DNA of 35,708 nucleotides from Bacillota bacterium (lineage in GTDB: Bacteria; Bacillota; Clostridia; Christensenellales; CAG-917). The notes under the pieces were generated by a model. The model was not told the origin of the DNA. It searched no databases and saw only the letters and a list, made by a program, of their open reading frames with translations. A program made the translations under genes and the position numbers. The stretch is taken from assembly GCA_028724485.1 (NCBI GenBank), contig JAQYCY010000068.1, positions 1-35,708 on the forward strand, given 5' to 3'. Shown here piece after piece: positions 25,869 to 34,991 of the stretch; the first letter of the stretch is position 1; the number at the start of each line of letters is the position of its first letter.

Positions 25869-27800
25869 GTGAATATGAAAAGTATTTTTATGAAAAAAAA
25901 TATTTTATTGCTTATGTTGACTTTGATAGTTGTTGCGGCTGCAATAACTCTTTTTGCTTGCAATTCCGACAAAACCCCGTCGCTTACCGACGAGTACTAC
26001 GTTAATCGTAGCAGTGTGGGAGAGTTTAAGGTAGCCAAACTTGAAAGCACTTTACCTAAGGGGTACAAGTTTTGTTACGGCTACAATGGTGATACGTCGG
26101 TTAGCAAGTACACTGAGTACGGTTACATAAAAGAAATCGATTGCTTTGTTGTCAGCGCAAAAGCGACGAAATCGGAATATGCTAAGCTCAATCTCGTAAA
26201 ACGCAATACAAATGAATTATTTTTTAAGAATATAAGTTTTGAAATAGTTCAGATGCAAGTTTATTACGGCAACGTATTTATGATGACTGACGATTCGAAA
26301 ATCGTCGTTTATGATTTTGAAAATCAAAAATGGATTTACGATAACGACAATCCGCTTTACATTGCCGCAGCTCAAACGAAGTCTATAGCGACTTACGTTT
26401 ATCCTGTTTCAAAGAATTATTTTGTTACGACCGCTTCGGCAAAAACGTACAATTCGCAATTCGGAACGAGCCTGGAAACCGTTTCCGGTTCAAAGTTTTT
26501 TGTATTCTCTTCAAACGGCAATATGGTAGGAAGAATTGAAGTTACGACGTCAAAAATATCCGACGTGGAAGGCTTTGACGGTTACGTCATCGTTAAAAAC
26601 GCAACGGGTTCGGGTGGCAAACAAACTAGAATAATTACTCTTAACGGATTGACCCAAAAAAGCGAGGCTTTAATCGACCCGTTGCCGAGCGGAGTTTTCG
26701 AATATGCTTCGGGTTCTGCAAACGGTTGCGAACCGACGTATTTCGGCAAAGGAAATTTCCTTATTCACATCGAAGAGAGCGGCTCGGAAGATGACTATTT
26801 CTATAAAGACGAAGATTCTAAATATTGGAAAGTTTCAAGGTTTTTGTATAATGCGGCAAGCGGAAAGAGAAAGACCTATAAGTCCGACCTTATGTTTTTG
26901 TCAATCGAAAACGAATTTTATAAATATAGCTCGTCTAAGACTTTCAATACCGAAAACTTCATCAAAAGCGGCTATTCGTACGTAGGTTTCGGAATGGAGA
27001 GAAAGTCGGATAAAACTGTCATATACGACAGATATCTCATCAAAAATAACGTGTCGTTCGAAGATGAGTGGGAGTTTGAAATTGTAACTTCGCTCAGAAA
27101 AACTGCGGCTTATCTTTACGAAAGCAGCGAGGGTGTAACGACTGATAAAATTAAATCACTCAGCGTAAACGAACTTGTCAGAACTTACGTCGATAACGTA
27201 GGCGTTGTGCAAATTTCCACGGGCGTAGTAAATATTTACGACAACTACGGCAAACTTATAGGAAGAAGCGATAAATACGAATATCAGTCGGCAGCGTATA
27301 ACAGCGGAGTTATCATATGCTCGATTTTGGACAAAGGCAGTTCGTCATCGACGGCAAGTTTTCTTTACGGTGCGCTCGATAAAAAAGGTAACGTAGTTGT
27401 TCCGTTTGAATATACTTCGCTCACAATGTTTACGGGCTATTATGCAATCGGCGAAAAAACCGATGAAAACGGCGTGCACGGTTATTATCTTGTCGGACAA
27501 AACGGATACAGTATTTTGCTCGGCAACAAAAACGTGATTGCCGACGATTATAACTTCCACATAAAATCGAACGGAAACGCTATATACAAAACGGGTGCTT
27601 ACGTTTACTTTGACTATGACGAAGAAGGGAAAAAGATTTTTGGCGTTAAGTCAACCAACATTTCAAACAATAAAAACGTTTTACTCGAAGCAAAATATAA
27701 TGAAATTACGCTTTTTGCACCGTCGGGAGAATATGGCGTCGTTTATGCAATAGCAAAATTGAACGACGATTCTAATTACGAGGTATACAGGCTGAAATAA
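25869..27800 (+). CDS. Hypothetical large lipoprotein; the C-terminal part has WG/KWG-like repeats
   Basis: The signal peptide plus lipobox is KKNILLLMLTLIVVAAAITLFAC. Repeats resembling the WG-repeat family are present (LDKKGNVVVPFEYTSLTMFTGYYAIGEK, GYYLVGQNGYSIL). The start is ambiguous (GTG 25869, ATG 25875 or 25890). Confidence 0.45.
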   Translation: MNMKSIFMKKNILLLMLTLIVVAAAITLFACNSDKTPSLTDEYYVNRSSVGEFKVAKLESTLPKGYKFCYGYNGDTSVSKYTEYGYIKEIDCFVVSAKATKSEYAKLNLVKRNTNELFFKNISFEIVQMQVYYGNVFMMTDDSKIVVYDFENQKWIYDNDNPLYIAAAQTKSIATYVYPVSKNYFVTTASAKTYNSQFGTSLETVSGSKFFVFSSNGNMVGRIEVTTSKISDVEGFDGYVIVKNATGSGGKQTRIITLNGLTQKSEALIDPLPSGVFEYASGSANGCEPTYFGKGNFLIHIEESGSEDDYFYKDEDSKYWKVSRFLYNAASGKRKTYKSDLMFLSIENEFYKYSSSKTFNTENFIKSGYSYVGFGMERKSDKTVIYDRYLIKNNVSFEDEWEFEIVTSLRKTAAYLYESSEGVTTDKIKSLSVNELVRTYVDNVGVVQISTGVVNIYDNYGKLIGRSDKYEYQSAAYNSGVIICSILDKGSSSSTASFLYGALDKKGNVVVPFEYTSLTMFTGYYAIGEKTDENGVHGYYLVGQNGYSILLGNKNVIADDYNFHIKSNGNAIYKTGAYVYFDYDEEGKKIFGVKSTNISNNKNVLLEAKYNEITLFAPSGEYGVVYAIAKLNDDSNYEVYRLK

Positions 27801-27801
27801 T

Positions 27802-28800
27802 TTGCCTAAAACAAAAATGGAAACAAAAGTTATCAAAGCGGAAAAAGGTTTAAAAGAAGGAGCGAAACTGCTACTTGGCGGTGAACTTGTAGCATTTCCG
27901 ACCGAAACTGTTTACGGGCTGGGCGCAGTAGCGTTTAATGAGGACGCAGTTAAAAAGATATTTAAAGCAAAGGGCAGACCGCAAGATAATCCGCTTATCG
28001 TTCATCTTGCAAATTTTAAAGACGTAAATAAAGTCGCAAAGAACGTTCCGCCTGTGTTTTATAAACTTGCAAAAAAATTTATGCCGGGACCGCTTACAAT
28101 TGTGTTGCCGAAAGGAGATGCAGTACCTAGCGTCGTAACGGCAGGCGGAGATACCGTTGCCGTCAGAGTTCCGCTCAAAAAAGCGGCGCGAAAGCTCATA
28201 AAGGCGTCGGCGCCTATTGCGGCTCCGTCCGCAAACAAATCGAAGCACGTCAGTCCGACAACGGCACAAGATACGTTTAATGATATGAACGGACTTATTC
28301 CGCTTATTCTTGACGGCGGCGCTTGCGAAGTGGGCATTGAGTCTACGGTTTTGGATCTTACTGCACAAACCCCGACGATTTTACGCCCCGGCTACGTTAC
28401 AGAAGAAATGCTGCTAAAAGTTTTGTCTTCAGTCGAAAGATTCGGCGGTGAGATAAAGGTCGCAAAGTCGCCGGGAATGAAGTATACGCATTATGCGCCG
28501 AAAGTCTATACTGTCATCGCAAAGACTTTTGAATCGGGACTTAAAGAATACGACAGGGCAAAGGCAGAAGGAAAAAATCCCGTTTACATTCTAAGAGAAA
28601 GAAAAAGCGACGAGCTTAAAGGTAAAAAATATATATTCGTCGGAAAAACACCGAAAGACGTATCTAAAAATATTTATTCGTCGATGTTGAACGCCGAGAA
28701 AGCGTTTGACGAGATAATAATAGAAAATTTCGGAAACGAAGGCTTGCTTGGCTCGGTTATGAACAGAGTCGAGAAATCAGCAAGCAATAAGGAGGTTTAA
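27802..28800 (+). CDS. tsaC: L-threonylcarbamoyladenylate synthase (Sua5/YwlC/TsaC type, with C-terminal Sua5 domain)
   Basis: Motifs LVAFPTETVYGLGA, KGRPQDNPLIVH, RVP and SANKS are present. The start is TTG 27802 or ATG 27817. Confidence 0.88.
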   Translation: MPKTKMETKVIKAEKGLKEGAKLLLGGELVAFPTETVYGLGAVAFNEDAVKKIFKAKGRPQDNPLIVHLANFKDVNKVAKNVPPVFYKLAKKFMPGPLTIVLPKGDAVPSVVTAGGDTVAVRVPLKKAARKLIKASAPIAAPSANKSKHVSPTTAQDTFNDMNGLIPLILDGGACEVGIESTVLDLTAQTPTILRPGYVTEEMLLKVLSSVERFGGEIKVAKSPGMKYTHYAPKVYTVIAKTFESGLKEYDRAKAEGKNPVYILRERKSDELKGKKYIFVGKTPKDVSKNIYSSMLNAEKAFDEIIIENFGNEGLLGSVMNRVEKSASNKEV

Positions 28801-29271
28801 ATGAAAGACTTAAACGTAGTATTTGTATGTACGGGAAATACTTGCCGTTCGCCTATGGCAGAAATTATGTTCAGGCATTTGCTTGAAAGCGAGGATATCG
28901 AAGGAATAAACGTTTCTTCGGCAGGCATCAAGGCTAACGAAGGCGCGCCTATTTCGGAATATGCCGTAAAGGCGATGGCTTCAAGAGGAATTAAAGACGC
29001 ATCTAATCATAGCGCAAGACAACTGACAAAAGATATTTTCAAAAAAGCCGATTTAATAGTTCCGCTCAGCTCGTTCATCGAATCGGACGTTGAAGATATG
29101 TTCGGCGAAGATAAAAAGATAGTCGGCTTCGGCTCTAAACTTTTAGGAACAGAAAACGTTAAAGACCCATACGGTCAAACGCTTTACGAATATGACGAGG
29201 CTTGCGGAAAAATCGAAACGAATTTGCCGAAAGTCATAAGATACATATCGAAAAACATAAGAAAGATTTAG
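28801..29271 (+). CDS. ywlE: Low-molecular-weight protein phosphatase (YwlE-type arginine/tyrosine phosphatase)
   Basis: The active site is VCTGNTCRSPMAE. SD AAGGAGG is present, and the ywlC-ywlE adjacency matches Bacillus. Confidence 0.88.
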   Translation: MKDLNVVFVCTGNTCRSPMAEIMFRHLLESEDIEGINVSSAGIKANEGAPISEYAVKAMASRGIKDASNHSARQLTKDIFKKADLIVPLSSFIESDVEDMFGEDKKIVGFGSKLLGTENVKDPYGQTLYEYDEACGKIETNLPKVIRYISKNIRKI

Positions 29272-29282
29272 TTTTAATTATT

Positions 29283-29316
29283 AAAATTGCCGCAATTAAC
29301 GTTGCGGCAATTTTTA
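29283..29316. terminator. Bidirectional rho-independent terminator
   Basis: ATTGCCGCAA (29286-29295) pairs with TTGCGGCAAT (29302-29311). It is flanked by an A-run and a T-run and lies between convergent genes. Confidence 0.85.
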
Positions 29317-29540
29317 CGTTATTTAGCATTAAGAACTATTACGTTTTAGAATAAGTTCAATTTTAAACAAGATAAAAGACATTTTAGAACAAGCCTTATT
29401 ATGGTTAATGTTTAGTCAAATTACGTTTGCAATAAAGTCTTATCGTGCTTAGCAATTAGTCATATTTCATTTAAGAATAGGTTAGACTGCATTTTAGTTT
29501 TGAACAAGTTTTTTTGTTTAAACTTAAATTTTAAAACAGG

Positions 29541-30029
29541 TTAACCGTTATTGCAATTTAGCCCCGTTAAAAGCTCTTCAAATATTTTTATATGAAGCTC
29601 TTCGTCGAGAATTATTCGCTCTAAAAGAAGTTTCAAATCTTTTTGGTCAAGCGATAAAATTGCCTTTTCGTAACCTGCTATTGCGGTTTTTTCGCCGATT
29701 ATGTTTGCTTTTAAAAACTCGGCGGGGCAGGTTTGATAATTGACGTAGCTTCCGTTCCAATAAGTTCCGCTTCCGATAACGGGATAGCCACCCAGCTTTA
29801 CGATTGCGTTTCCAATTAGGTCGTGGTGGTGCATTTCCGATATGGCTATGGCTTCCAACGTGTCCGAAAATTCTTTTGAAACGTACGATTGATAAACGTA
29901 TGTCATAACGGCGGTGGTTTCGCTGTGTCGTCCACCGTAACTTGGCATAAGTATTCTCGCTTCGTTTAAAGACGGTGTGACGCTAATTTCAGGATACGGC
30001 AAATCGGACGATGCTAAAATAGGATTCAT
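29541..30029 (-). CDS. Ferritin-like di-iron carboxylate protein (Mn-catalase/CotJC-like or rubrerythrin-family fold)
   Basis: 162 aa with two ExxH motifs (SEMHHH, DEELH) spaced as in four-helix-bundle di-iron proteins. A strong SD GGAGG is present. This is the only convincing minus-strand gene in the window. Confidence 0.55.
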   Translation of the reverse strand: MNPILASSDLPYPEISVTPSLNEARILMPSYGGRHSETTAVMTYVYQSYVSKEFSDTLEAIAISEMHHHDLIGNAIVKLGGYPVIGSGTYWNGSYVNYQTCPAEFLKANIIGEKTAIAGYEKAILSLDQKDLKLLLERIILDEELHIKIFEELLTGLNCNNG

Positions 30030-30158
30030 AATACCTCCAAATACGCTATAATATATGAGCCTTAAAAGTAAAGTGTTAAAAAAGTATTTAAAACGCTTGT
30101 ATTTTTAGTGTTATTGTGGTAAAATTCTAGCGTTACGAAGAAAAAGAGGTTTATATAT

Positions 30159-30488
30159 ATGTTCAACTTTGATTCGGCTTTGATGGCCATTAAAAACGTT
30201 ACCAATATGACGTATCAAGTAAGACAAGGTACGCTTATCGGACTTATGGTAGTTATGTTGCTTTTGTCGGTTGCAATGATTATCGTAGTTATGATGCAAC
30301 AAGGCACAGATGACAACGTTCAGGCAATTACAGGCAGCTCGGATTCTTATTACGGAAAGAATAAGGCAAGGTCGAAAGAAGGCATTTTAAAGAAAATTAC
30401 GCTCGTTCTCTTTTGTTTGATTATGGTAGTTTCGATTATATTCTTCATAATCTCACTTGTAGAAGTCGGACAAGGAACGACGGTTTAA
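30159..30488 (+). CDS. secG: Preprotein translocase subunit SecG
   Basis: Two TM helices flank a Gly/Ser-rich loop (VVMMQQGTDDNVQAITGSSDSYYGKN...ILKKITLVLFCLIMVV), and the gene lies upstream of smpB as in Firmicutes. The N-terminal extent is uncertain. Confidence 0.7.
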   Translation: MFNFDSALMAIKNVTNMTYQVRQGTLIGLMVVMLLLSVAMIIVVMMQQGTDDNVQAITGSSDSYYGKNKARSKEGILKKITLVLFCLIMVVSIIFFIISLVEVGQGTTV

Positions 30489-30506
30489 TTTAAGTCTTTA
30501 AATTCA

Positions 30507-30533
30507 AAAGCGACCGATTTCGGTCGCTTTTAT
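30507..30533 (+). terminator. Rho-independent terminator after secG
   Basis: AAAGCGACCG (30507-30516), loop ATTT, CGGTCGCTTT (30521-30530), then a short T tract. Confidence 0.7.
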
Positions 30534-30681
30534 AATAAAAAGGCTTTGTTGAAGTGAAGTTTTAGTTGCTAAATCGTAAAAAGGCTTTGAGCTTGCGTCG
30601 TAATTGCGTTGCGGCGTGAGCGCTATAAGTCGGTAACTGAATTTTGACGACAGAATAGGACAAATAGAAGGGAAGAAAATT

Positions 30682-31137
30682 ATGGAGAAAGTAGTAGCGA
30701 CAAATAAAAAGGCTTATCACGACTATTTCGTCGAAGAAACCTATGAGGCAGGCATTGCCCTTGTCGGTTCCGAGGTTAAGTCGATAAGACAAGGCGCGGT
30801 GAATTTGAAAGACAGCTACGCCGTTGTGAAAAACGGCGAAGTCCTTTTGATGGGCGCGCACATTTCTCCTTATGAAAAAGGCAGTTTTTTTAATACCGAC
30901 CCGTACAGAACAAGAAAATTGCTTTTAAACAAAGGCGAAATAAATAAAATTCGCGGAAAAATCGAAATAAAGGGCTACACGCTTGTTCCGCTTAAAATGT
31001 ATTTTAAAAAAGCTCTCGTTAAAGTCGAACTCGGAATTTGCAAAGGTAAACATCTTTACGATAAAAGACAAACCATAAAGGCAAGGGAAGAGGACAGAAA
31101 AATGGAGCGTATCAAAAAAGAATATAACGCGAAATAA
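30682..31137 (+). CDS. smpB: SsrA-binding protein SmpB
   Basis: 151 aa with motifs [31 protein letters not shown] and YFK...VELG. Confidence 0.95.
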   Translation: MEKVVATNKKAYHDYFVEETYEAGIALVGSEVKSIRQGAVNLKDSYAVVKNGEVLLMGAHISPYEKGSFFNTDPYRTRKLLLNKGEINKIRGKIEIKGYTLVPLKMYFKKALVKVELGICKGKHLYDKRQTIKAREEDRKMERIKKEYNAK

Positions 31138-31183
31138 TTCACTGCTTTTGCAATAATACGAAATATGCATTTAGCCAATAATT

Positions 31184-31249
31184 ATTTAAACGGCATTGTG
31201 ATATTGTTTAAATGACATTGTGATATTATTTAAACGGCATTGCTAATTT
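31184..31249. repeat. Three tandem 22-bp repeats in the metY upstream region
   Basis: The units are ATTTAAACGGCATTGTGATATT (31184-31205), GTTTAAATGACATTGTGATATT (31206-31227) and ATTTAAACGGCATTGCTAATTT (31228-31249). By my alignment, units 2 and 3 match unit 1 at 19/22 and 18/22 positions. Confidence 0.9.
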
Positions 31250-31296
31250 ATCTATATAAAATAAGAAAAAAAATTACAAGATATTAAGGAGAAAGT

Positions 31297-32565
31297 ATGA
31301 AAAAAGGTACTCAATGCGTGCAAGGCTCATACGCGCCGACAAGCGGCGACCCGAGAGTTTTGCCATTATATCAAAGCACAACCTACGTTTACGAAACAGC
31401 CGAGGAATTGGCGCATTTGTTCGATTCTCCGAAATGCGGACACATTTACAGCCGTATTTCAAATCCGACAGTTGCGGCTTTTGAAGAAAAAGTTGCAATG
31501 CTCGAAGGCGGAATCGGCGCTATGGCGTGTTCGAGTGGAATGAGCGCGACGATGTTTGCCGTTTTGACCGTTGCGACGGCCGGTGACAATATTTTGAGTT
31601 TGTCGACGATTTACGGCGGAACGTATAACCTTTTTAACGTTACTCTCAAAAAACTCGGCATCGAAGTAAGATTTATAACGCCTGATATGACGGAAGAGCA
31701 AATCGAGAAACTCATCGACGATAAAACGAAAATGCTCTTTGCGGAAACAATCGCCAATCCGTCAATCGTGGTGTTGAATTTTGATTTTTACTCAAACATT
31801 TGTCACAAGCACGGTCTTCCGTTTGTCGTTGACAATACGCTTGCGACTCCGATTTTAGTCAGACCTTTTGAACACGGAACAGATATCGTTGTTCATTCTA
31901 CTACCAAGTATATGGACGGTCACGCGAGTTGCGTAGGCGGCATTATCGTAGACAGCGGAAAGTTCGATTGGGAACACAATCCGCGTTTTAAGGACTTTGT
32001 AGAGCCTGATGAAAGCTATCACGGCGTAGTTTACGTCAAAGAGGGCGGAAAAGCGGCGTATATCCTTAAAGCAAGAATGCAATATATGAGAGATATCGGC
32101 GCGATTATGACTCCGTTCAACGCATACCTTACAAATCTCGGTTGCGAAACTTTGGAACTAAGAATGGAACGCCATAGCAGTAACGCTCTTGCCGTTGCAA
32201 AAATGCTTTCGACTCACGACAAAGTCGAATGGGTGAGATATCCGGGGCTTGAAAGCGACAAATATCACGAACTCGGAATGAAATATTTTGACGGCGGTTT
32301 TTCGGGTATGATTGCCGTAGGCATCAAAGGCGGCAGAGAAAAGGCTTGCAAGTTTATGGAAGAACTCAAACTTTTCAGAATTGTAACTCACGTTGCCGAC
32401 GCTCGCTCTTGTGTTTTGCACCCTGCAAGTACAACGCACAGACAGCTTTCGGACAGCGATCTTGTTGCTTGCGGAATTACTTCAAATCTTATAAGACTTT
32501 CCGTAGGCATCGAAAACGTCGAAGATATTCTTGCCGATATTAAACAGGCATTGGAAAAAATTTAG
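31297..32565 (+). CDS. metY: O-acetylhomoserine aminocarboxypropyltransferase / sulfhydrylase (PLP-dependent)
   Basis: 422 aa with the Cys/Met-metabolism PLP fold and PLP lysine motif HSTTKYMDGH. SD AAGGAG is present. Confidence 0.9.
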   Translation: MKKGTQCVQGSYAPTSGDPRVLPLYQSTTYVYETAEELAHLFDSPKCGHIYSRISNPTVAAFEEKVAMLEGGIGAMACSSGMSATMFAVLTVATAGDNILSLSTIYGGTYNLFNVTLKKLGIEVRFITPDMTEEQIEKLIDDKTKMLFAETIANPSIVVLNFDFYSNICHKHGLPFVVDNTLATPILVRPFEHGTDIVVHSTTKYMDGHASCVGGIIVDSGKFDWEHNPRFKDFVEPDESYHGVVYVKEGGKAAYILKARMQYMRDIGAIMTPFNAYLTNLGCETLELRMERHSSNALAVAKMLSTHDKVEWVRYPGLESDKYHELGMKYFDGGFSGMIAVGIKGGREKACKFMEELKLFRIVTHVADARSCVLHPASTTHRQLSDSDLVACGITSNLIRLSVGIENVEDILADIKQALEKI

Positions 32566-32615
32566 TAAAAGCATAAAGCGGCAAAGCGAAAATCGCCGCG
32601 CCGTCGGGAGAAAAT

Positions 32616-33515
32616 ATGCCAATTATTATACCAAAAGATTTACCTGCATATGAAAGTTTGCTTAAAGAGAAAATTTTCGTTATGGACAAGGAAAGAGCGG
32701 GAACGCAAGACATAAGACCTATCGAAATTGCAATTTTAAATCTTATGCCCACAAAGGAAGAAACCGAAACACAACTGGTTCGGTTGCTTTCCAATTCGCC
32801 TTTGCAAGTCAACGTAACGTTTATCGGCACGGCGACTTACAAGCCGACGCACGTTTGCTCTGACCATATGCAAAAGTTTTATCGCTCGCTCGATGAAGTT
32901 AAAAACGTAAAATTCGACGGTATGATAATTACGGGCGCGCCTGTCGAAACGCTTGCCTTTGAAGAGGTTGCTTATTGGGACGAACTTGTCGAGATTATGG
33001 ATTTTGCCGACAAAAACGTAACCAGCACGATTTATATCTGTTGGGGAGCGCAAGCGGCGTTATATCACCATTTCGGGATAGGCAAGTCGGAGCTTTCTAA
33101 AAAAATGTTTGGCGTATTTCCGACAAAAGCGGTTGTCGAAAACGATATGCTGTTAAAAGGAATGGACGACGTTTTTTACATTCCCAATTCACGTCACACC
33201 GAAGCGGACCAAGCTGCCATTGAAAAATGCCGCAGGATAAAAATTCTCGCGCGTAGCGACGAATCGGGCATAGCTATCGCCAAAACTCATGACAATAAAA
33301 AGTTTTTCTTTATGGGGCACGCCGAATATGATCGCGATACTTTGAAAAAAGAGTATTTGCGTGACAAAAACAAGGGATTGCCAATCGAAAAACCGAAAAA
33401 CTATTTTATCGGCGATACCGAAGAAGTCAACATGAGTTGGAAATCGACCGCAAACTTGCTCTTTTACAACTGGCTTAACTATTACGTCTATCAAGTCACA
33501 CCGTTTGAACTTTAA
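32616..33515 (+). CDS. metA: Homoserine O-acyltransferase, MetA family (probably acetyltransferase)
   Basis: 299 aa with N-terminal MPIIIPKDLPA, ILNLMP, ICWGAQAAL (catalytic Cys) and NSRHT. Confidence 0.9.
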   Translation: MPIIIPKDLPAYESLLKEKIFVMDKERAGTQDIRPIEIAILNLMPTKEETETQLVRLLSNSPLQVNVTFIGTATYKPTHVCSDHMQKFYRSLDEVKNVKFDGMIITGAPVETLAFEEVAYWDELVEIMDFADKNVTSTIYICWGAQAALYHHFGIGKSELSKKMFGVFPTKAVVENDMLLKGMDDVFYIPNSRHTEADQAAIEKCRRIKILARSDESGIAIAKTHDNKKFFFMGHAEYDRDTLKKEYLRDKNKGLPIEKPKNYFIGDTEEVNMSWKSTANLLFYNWLNYYVYQVTPFEL

Positions 33516-33756
33516 ATTGCTTGATAAGTAATAAGCATAAAGGCACAAAGCGCCGCAACTATGTTGAGACAATGTGTTTTAAAGGCAGTTTCCTTTGCCA
33601 CCGGTTCTTATAAACAAACCAAGTAACGTTGCTACAATTAGTGGGTTTATAAGTGTTAAATAATAAGATTACTATAATATTCTCACCAATGTAATTTTAA
33701 GGAACAATGTCTTTAATACTATATAACGATAAATACTTATAATTTATTTAGATAAC

Positions 33757-33788
33757 AAAAACGACCTTAAAACAGTGGTCGTTTTTGT
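33757..33788. terminator. Rho-independent terminator (A-run and T-run flanked, possibly bidirectional), about 240 nt after the metA stop
   Basis: AAAAACGACC (33757-33766) pairs with GGTCGTTTTT (33777-33786) around a 10-nt loop. Confidence 0.7.
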
Positions 33789-33897
33789 TATTATAAGACG
33801 TATCCGCTATTATAACAAGTTTTTGTGTTTGATACATTTAATACTTTATTTTTAATCAATAAAAAAAAGAATTAGCGTAGATAATTTTAATCTTTTG

Positions 33898-33906
33898 TGT
33901 TAAAAT
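33898..33906 (+). promoter_or_regulatory. Candidate extended -10 (TGtTAAAAT) promoter for the ketopantoate-reductase-family gene
   Basis: TG is at 33898-33899 and TAAAAT at 33901-33906. A weak -35 TAGATA lies at 33878-33883. The element is 54 nt upstream of the ATG at 33960. Confidence 0.4.
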
Positions 33907-33959
33907 ATAAATTAAATAAAATATGAAATGGTTTGTGTTTGACACAAAAAGGAGCGGAT

Positions 33960-34991
33960 ATGAAAGTTTGTATTTACGGAGCGGGGTCGCTTGGAACGGT
34001 GCTTGGCGCATACGTTGCGAAAAGCGGCGAGGCGATTGACCTTGTCAACAGAAACAAAGCGCATATTGCGGCGTTAAAAGAAAAGGGCGCGACTATAACG
34101 GGAAAGGCAAATTTCACCGTAAAAGTAAACGCAATGTTGCCCGAAGAGATGAAAGAAAAATACGATATTATTTTTCTTATGACAAAACAGCTCAATAACA
34201 AAGAAGTTGTCAAAAACCTGACAAACTTCTTAGCTGACGACGGCGTTATTTGCACAATGCAAAACGGCTTGCCGGAGCATAGCGTGTCGGAAATTATCGG
34301 CGAGGACAGAACGTACGGCTGTGCAATCGGCTGGGGAGCGCAAATGACAGAGGCCGGCGTAAGCGAGCTTACATCTGAGCCTGACGCACTTGTGTTTGCT
34401 CTAGGAGCATTGAACAAAAAGGCGCAGCAAGACGAACATTTTAAAGAGATTGTTCGATTGCTGTCGCTTATGGGCAAAGTCGAAGTCGAAGATAATTTCA
34501 TCGGCGTGAGATGGTCAAAACTTCTTGTAAATTCGGCTTTCAGCGGAATGTCGGCGGTTCTCGGCTGCAATTTCGGTGAAGTCGCCGACAATAAAAAGAG
34601 CAGACTTTGCGCGCAAAGAATCATCAAAGAAATTATTGACTCGACAAGAGCGGGCGGAATTAAAATCGAGCCGATTCAAGGCAAAGACGTTGTTAAACTT
34701 CTTGACTATCACAGCGCATTCAAAAGAAAGCTGTCTTTTGCAATCATTCCTATCGCAATCAAAAAGCACCGCCTTATAAGAGCAAGCATGTTGCAAGATA
34801 TTGAAAAAGGCAAGCCGTGTGAAGTTGAAGCAATAAACGGTGTAGTTAGCGATTATGGCAGAAAAGTCGGAGTTCCTACGCCTGTCAACGATAAAGCCGT
34901 TGAAATTATAAAAGGTATCGAGGAGGGCAAGTATAAGCCGAGTTTCGACAATCTTAAACTGTTCGACGACGTGCTTAAAGCTAAGCGTTGA
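33960..34991 (+). CDS. 2-dehydropantoate 2-reductase family oxidoreductase (PanE/ApbA family; true substrate not inferable)
   Basis: The N-terminal Rossmann motif is MKVCIYGAGSLGTVLGAY, and the C-terminal ApbA_C-like part includes SMLQDIEKGKPCEVEAING. SD AGGAG (33950-33954) supports ATG 33960 over the track start at 33933. Confidence 0.8.
   Translation: MKVCIYGAGSLGTVLGAYVAKSGEAIDLVNRNKAHIAALKEKGATITGKANFTVKVNAMLPEEMKEKYDIIFLMTKQLNNKEVVKNLTNFLADDGVICTMQNGLPEHSVSEIIGEDRTYGCAIGWGAQMTEAGVSELTSEPDALVFALGALNKKAQQDEHFKEIVRLLSLMGKVEVEDNFIGVRWSKLLVNSAFSGMSAVLGCNFGEVADNKKSRLCAQRIIKEIIDSTRAGGIKIEPIQGKDVVKLLDYHSAFKRKLSFAIIPIAIKKHRLIRASMLQDIEKGKPCEVEAINGVVSDYGRKVGVPTPVNDKAVEIIKGIEEGKYKPSFDNLKLFDDVLKAKR

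Noticed and set aside
29317-29540. Degenerate repeated word TTTAGAAYAAG (about 4 loose copies) in the spacer between the ywlE terminator and the ferritin-like gene
   Set aside because: The copies are short, imperfect and irregularly spaced in very AT-rich DNA, which is compatible with chance. There is no associated hairpin, promoter or ORF.
31138-31296. tmRNA (ssrA) gene, which often follows smpB
   Set aside because: Only 159 nt are available before metY, against about 350 nt for tmRNA. There is no tRNA-like acceptor/T-arm sequence (no GGTTCGA-type motif), and the region is AT-rich tandem repeat.
31138-31296. SAM-I (S-box) riboswitch or T-box leader upstream of metY
   Set aside because: No conserved GC-rich S-box helices and no terminator/antiterminator hairpin are visible. 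The region is too short and AT-rich. A covariance-model scan is still needed for formal exclusion.
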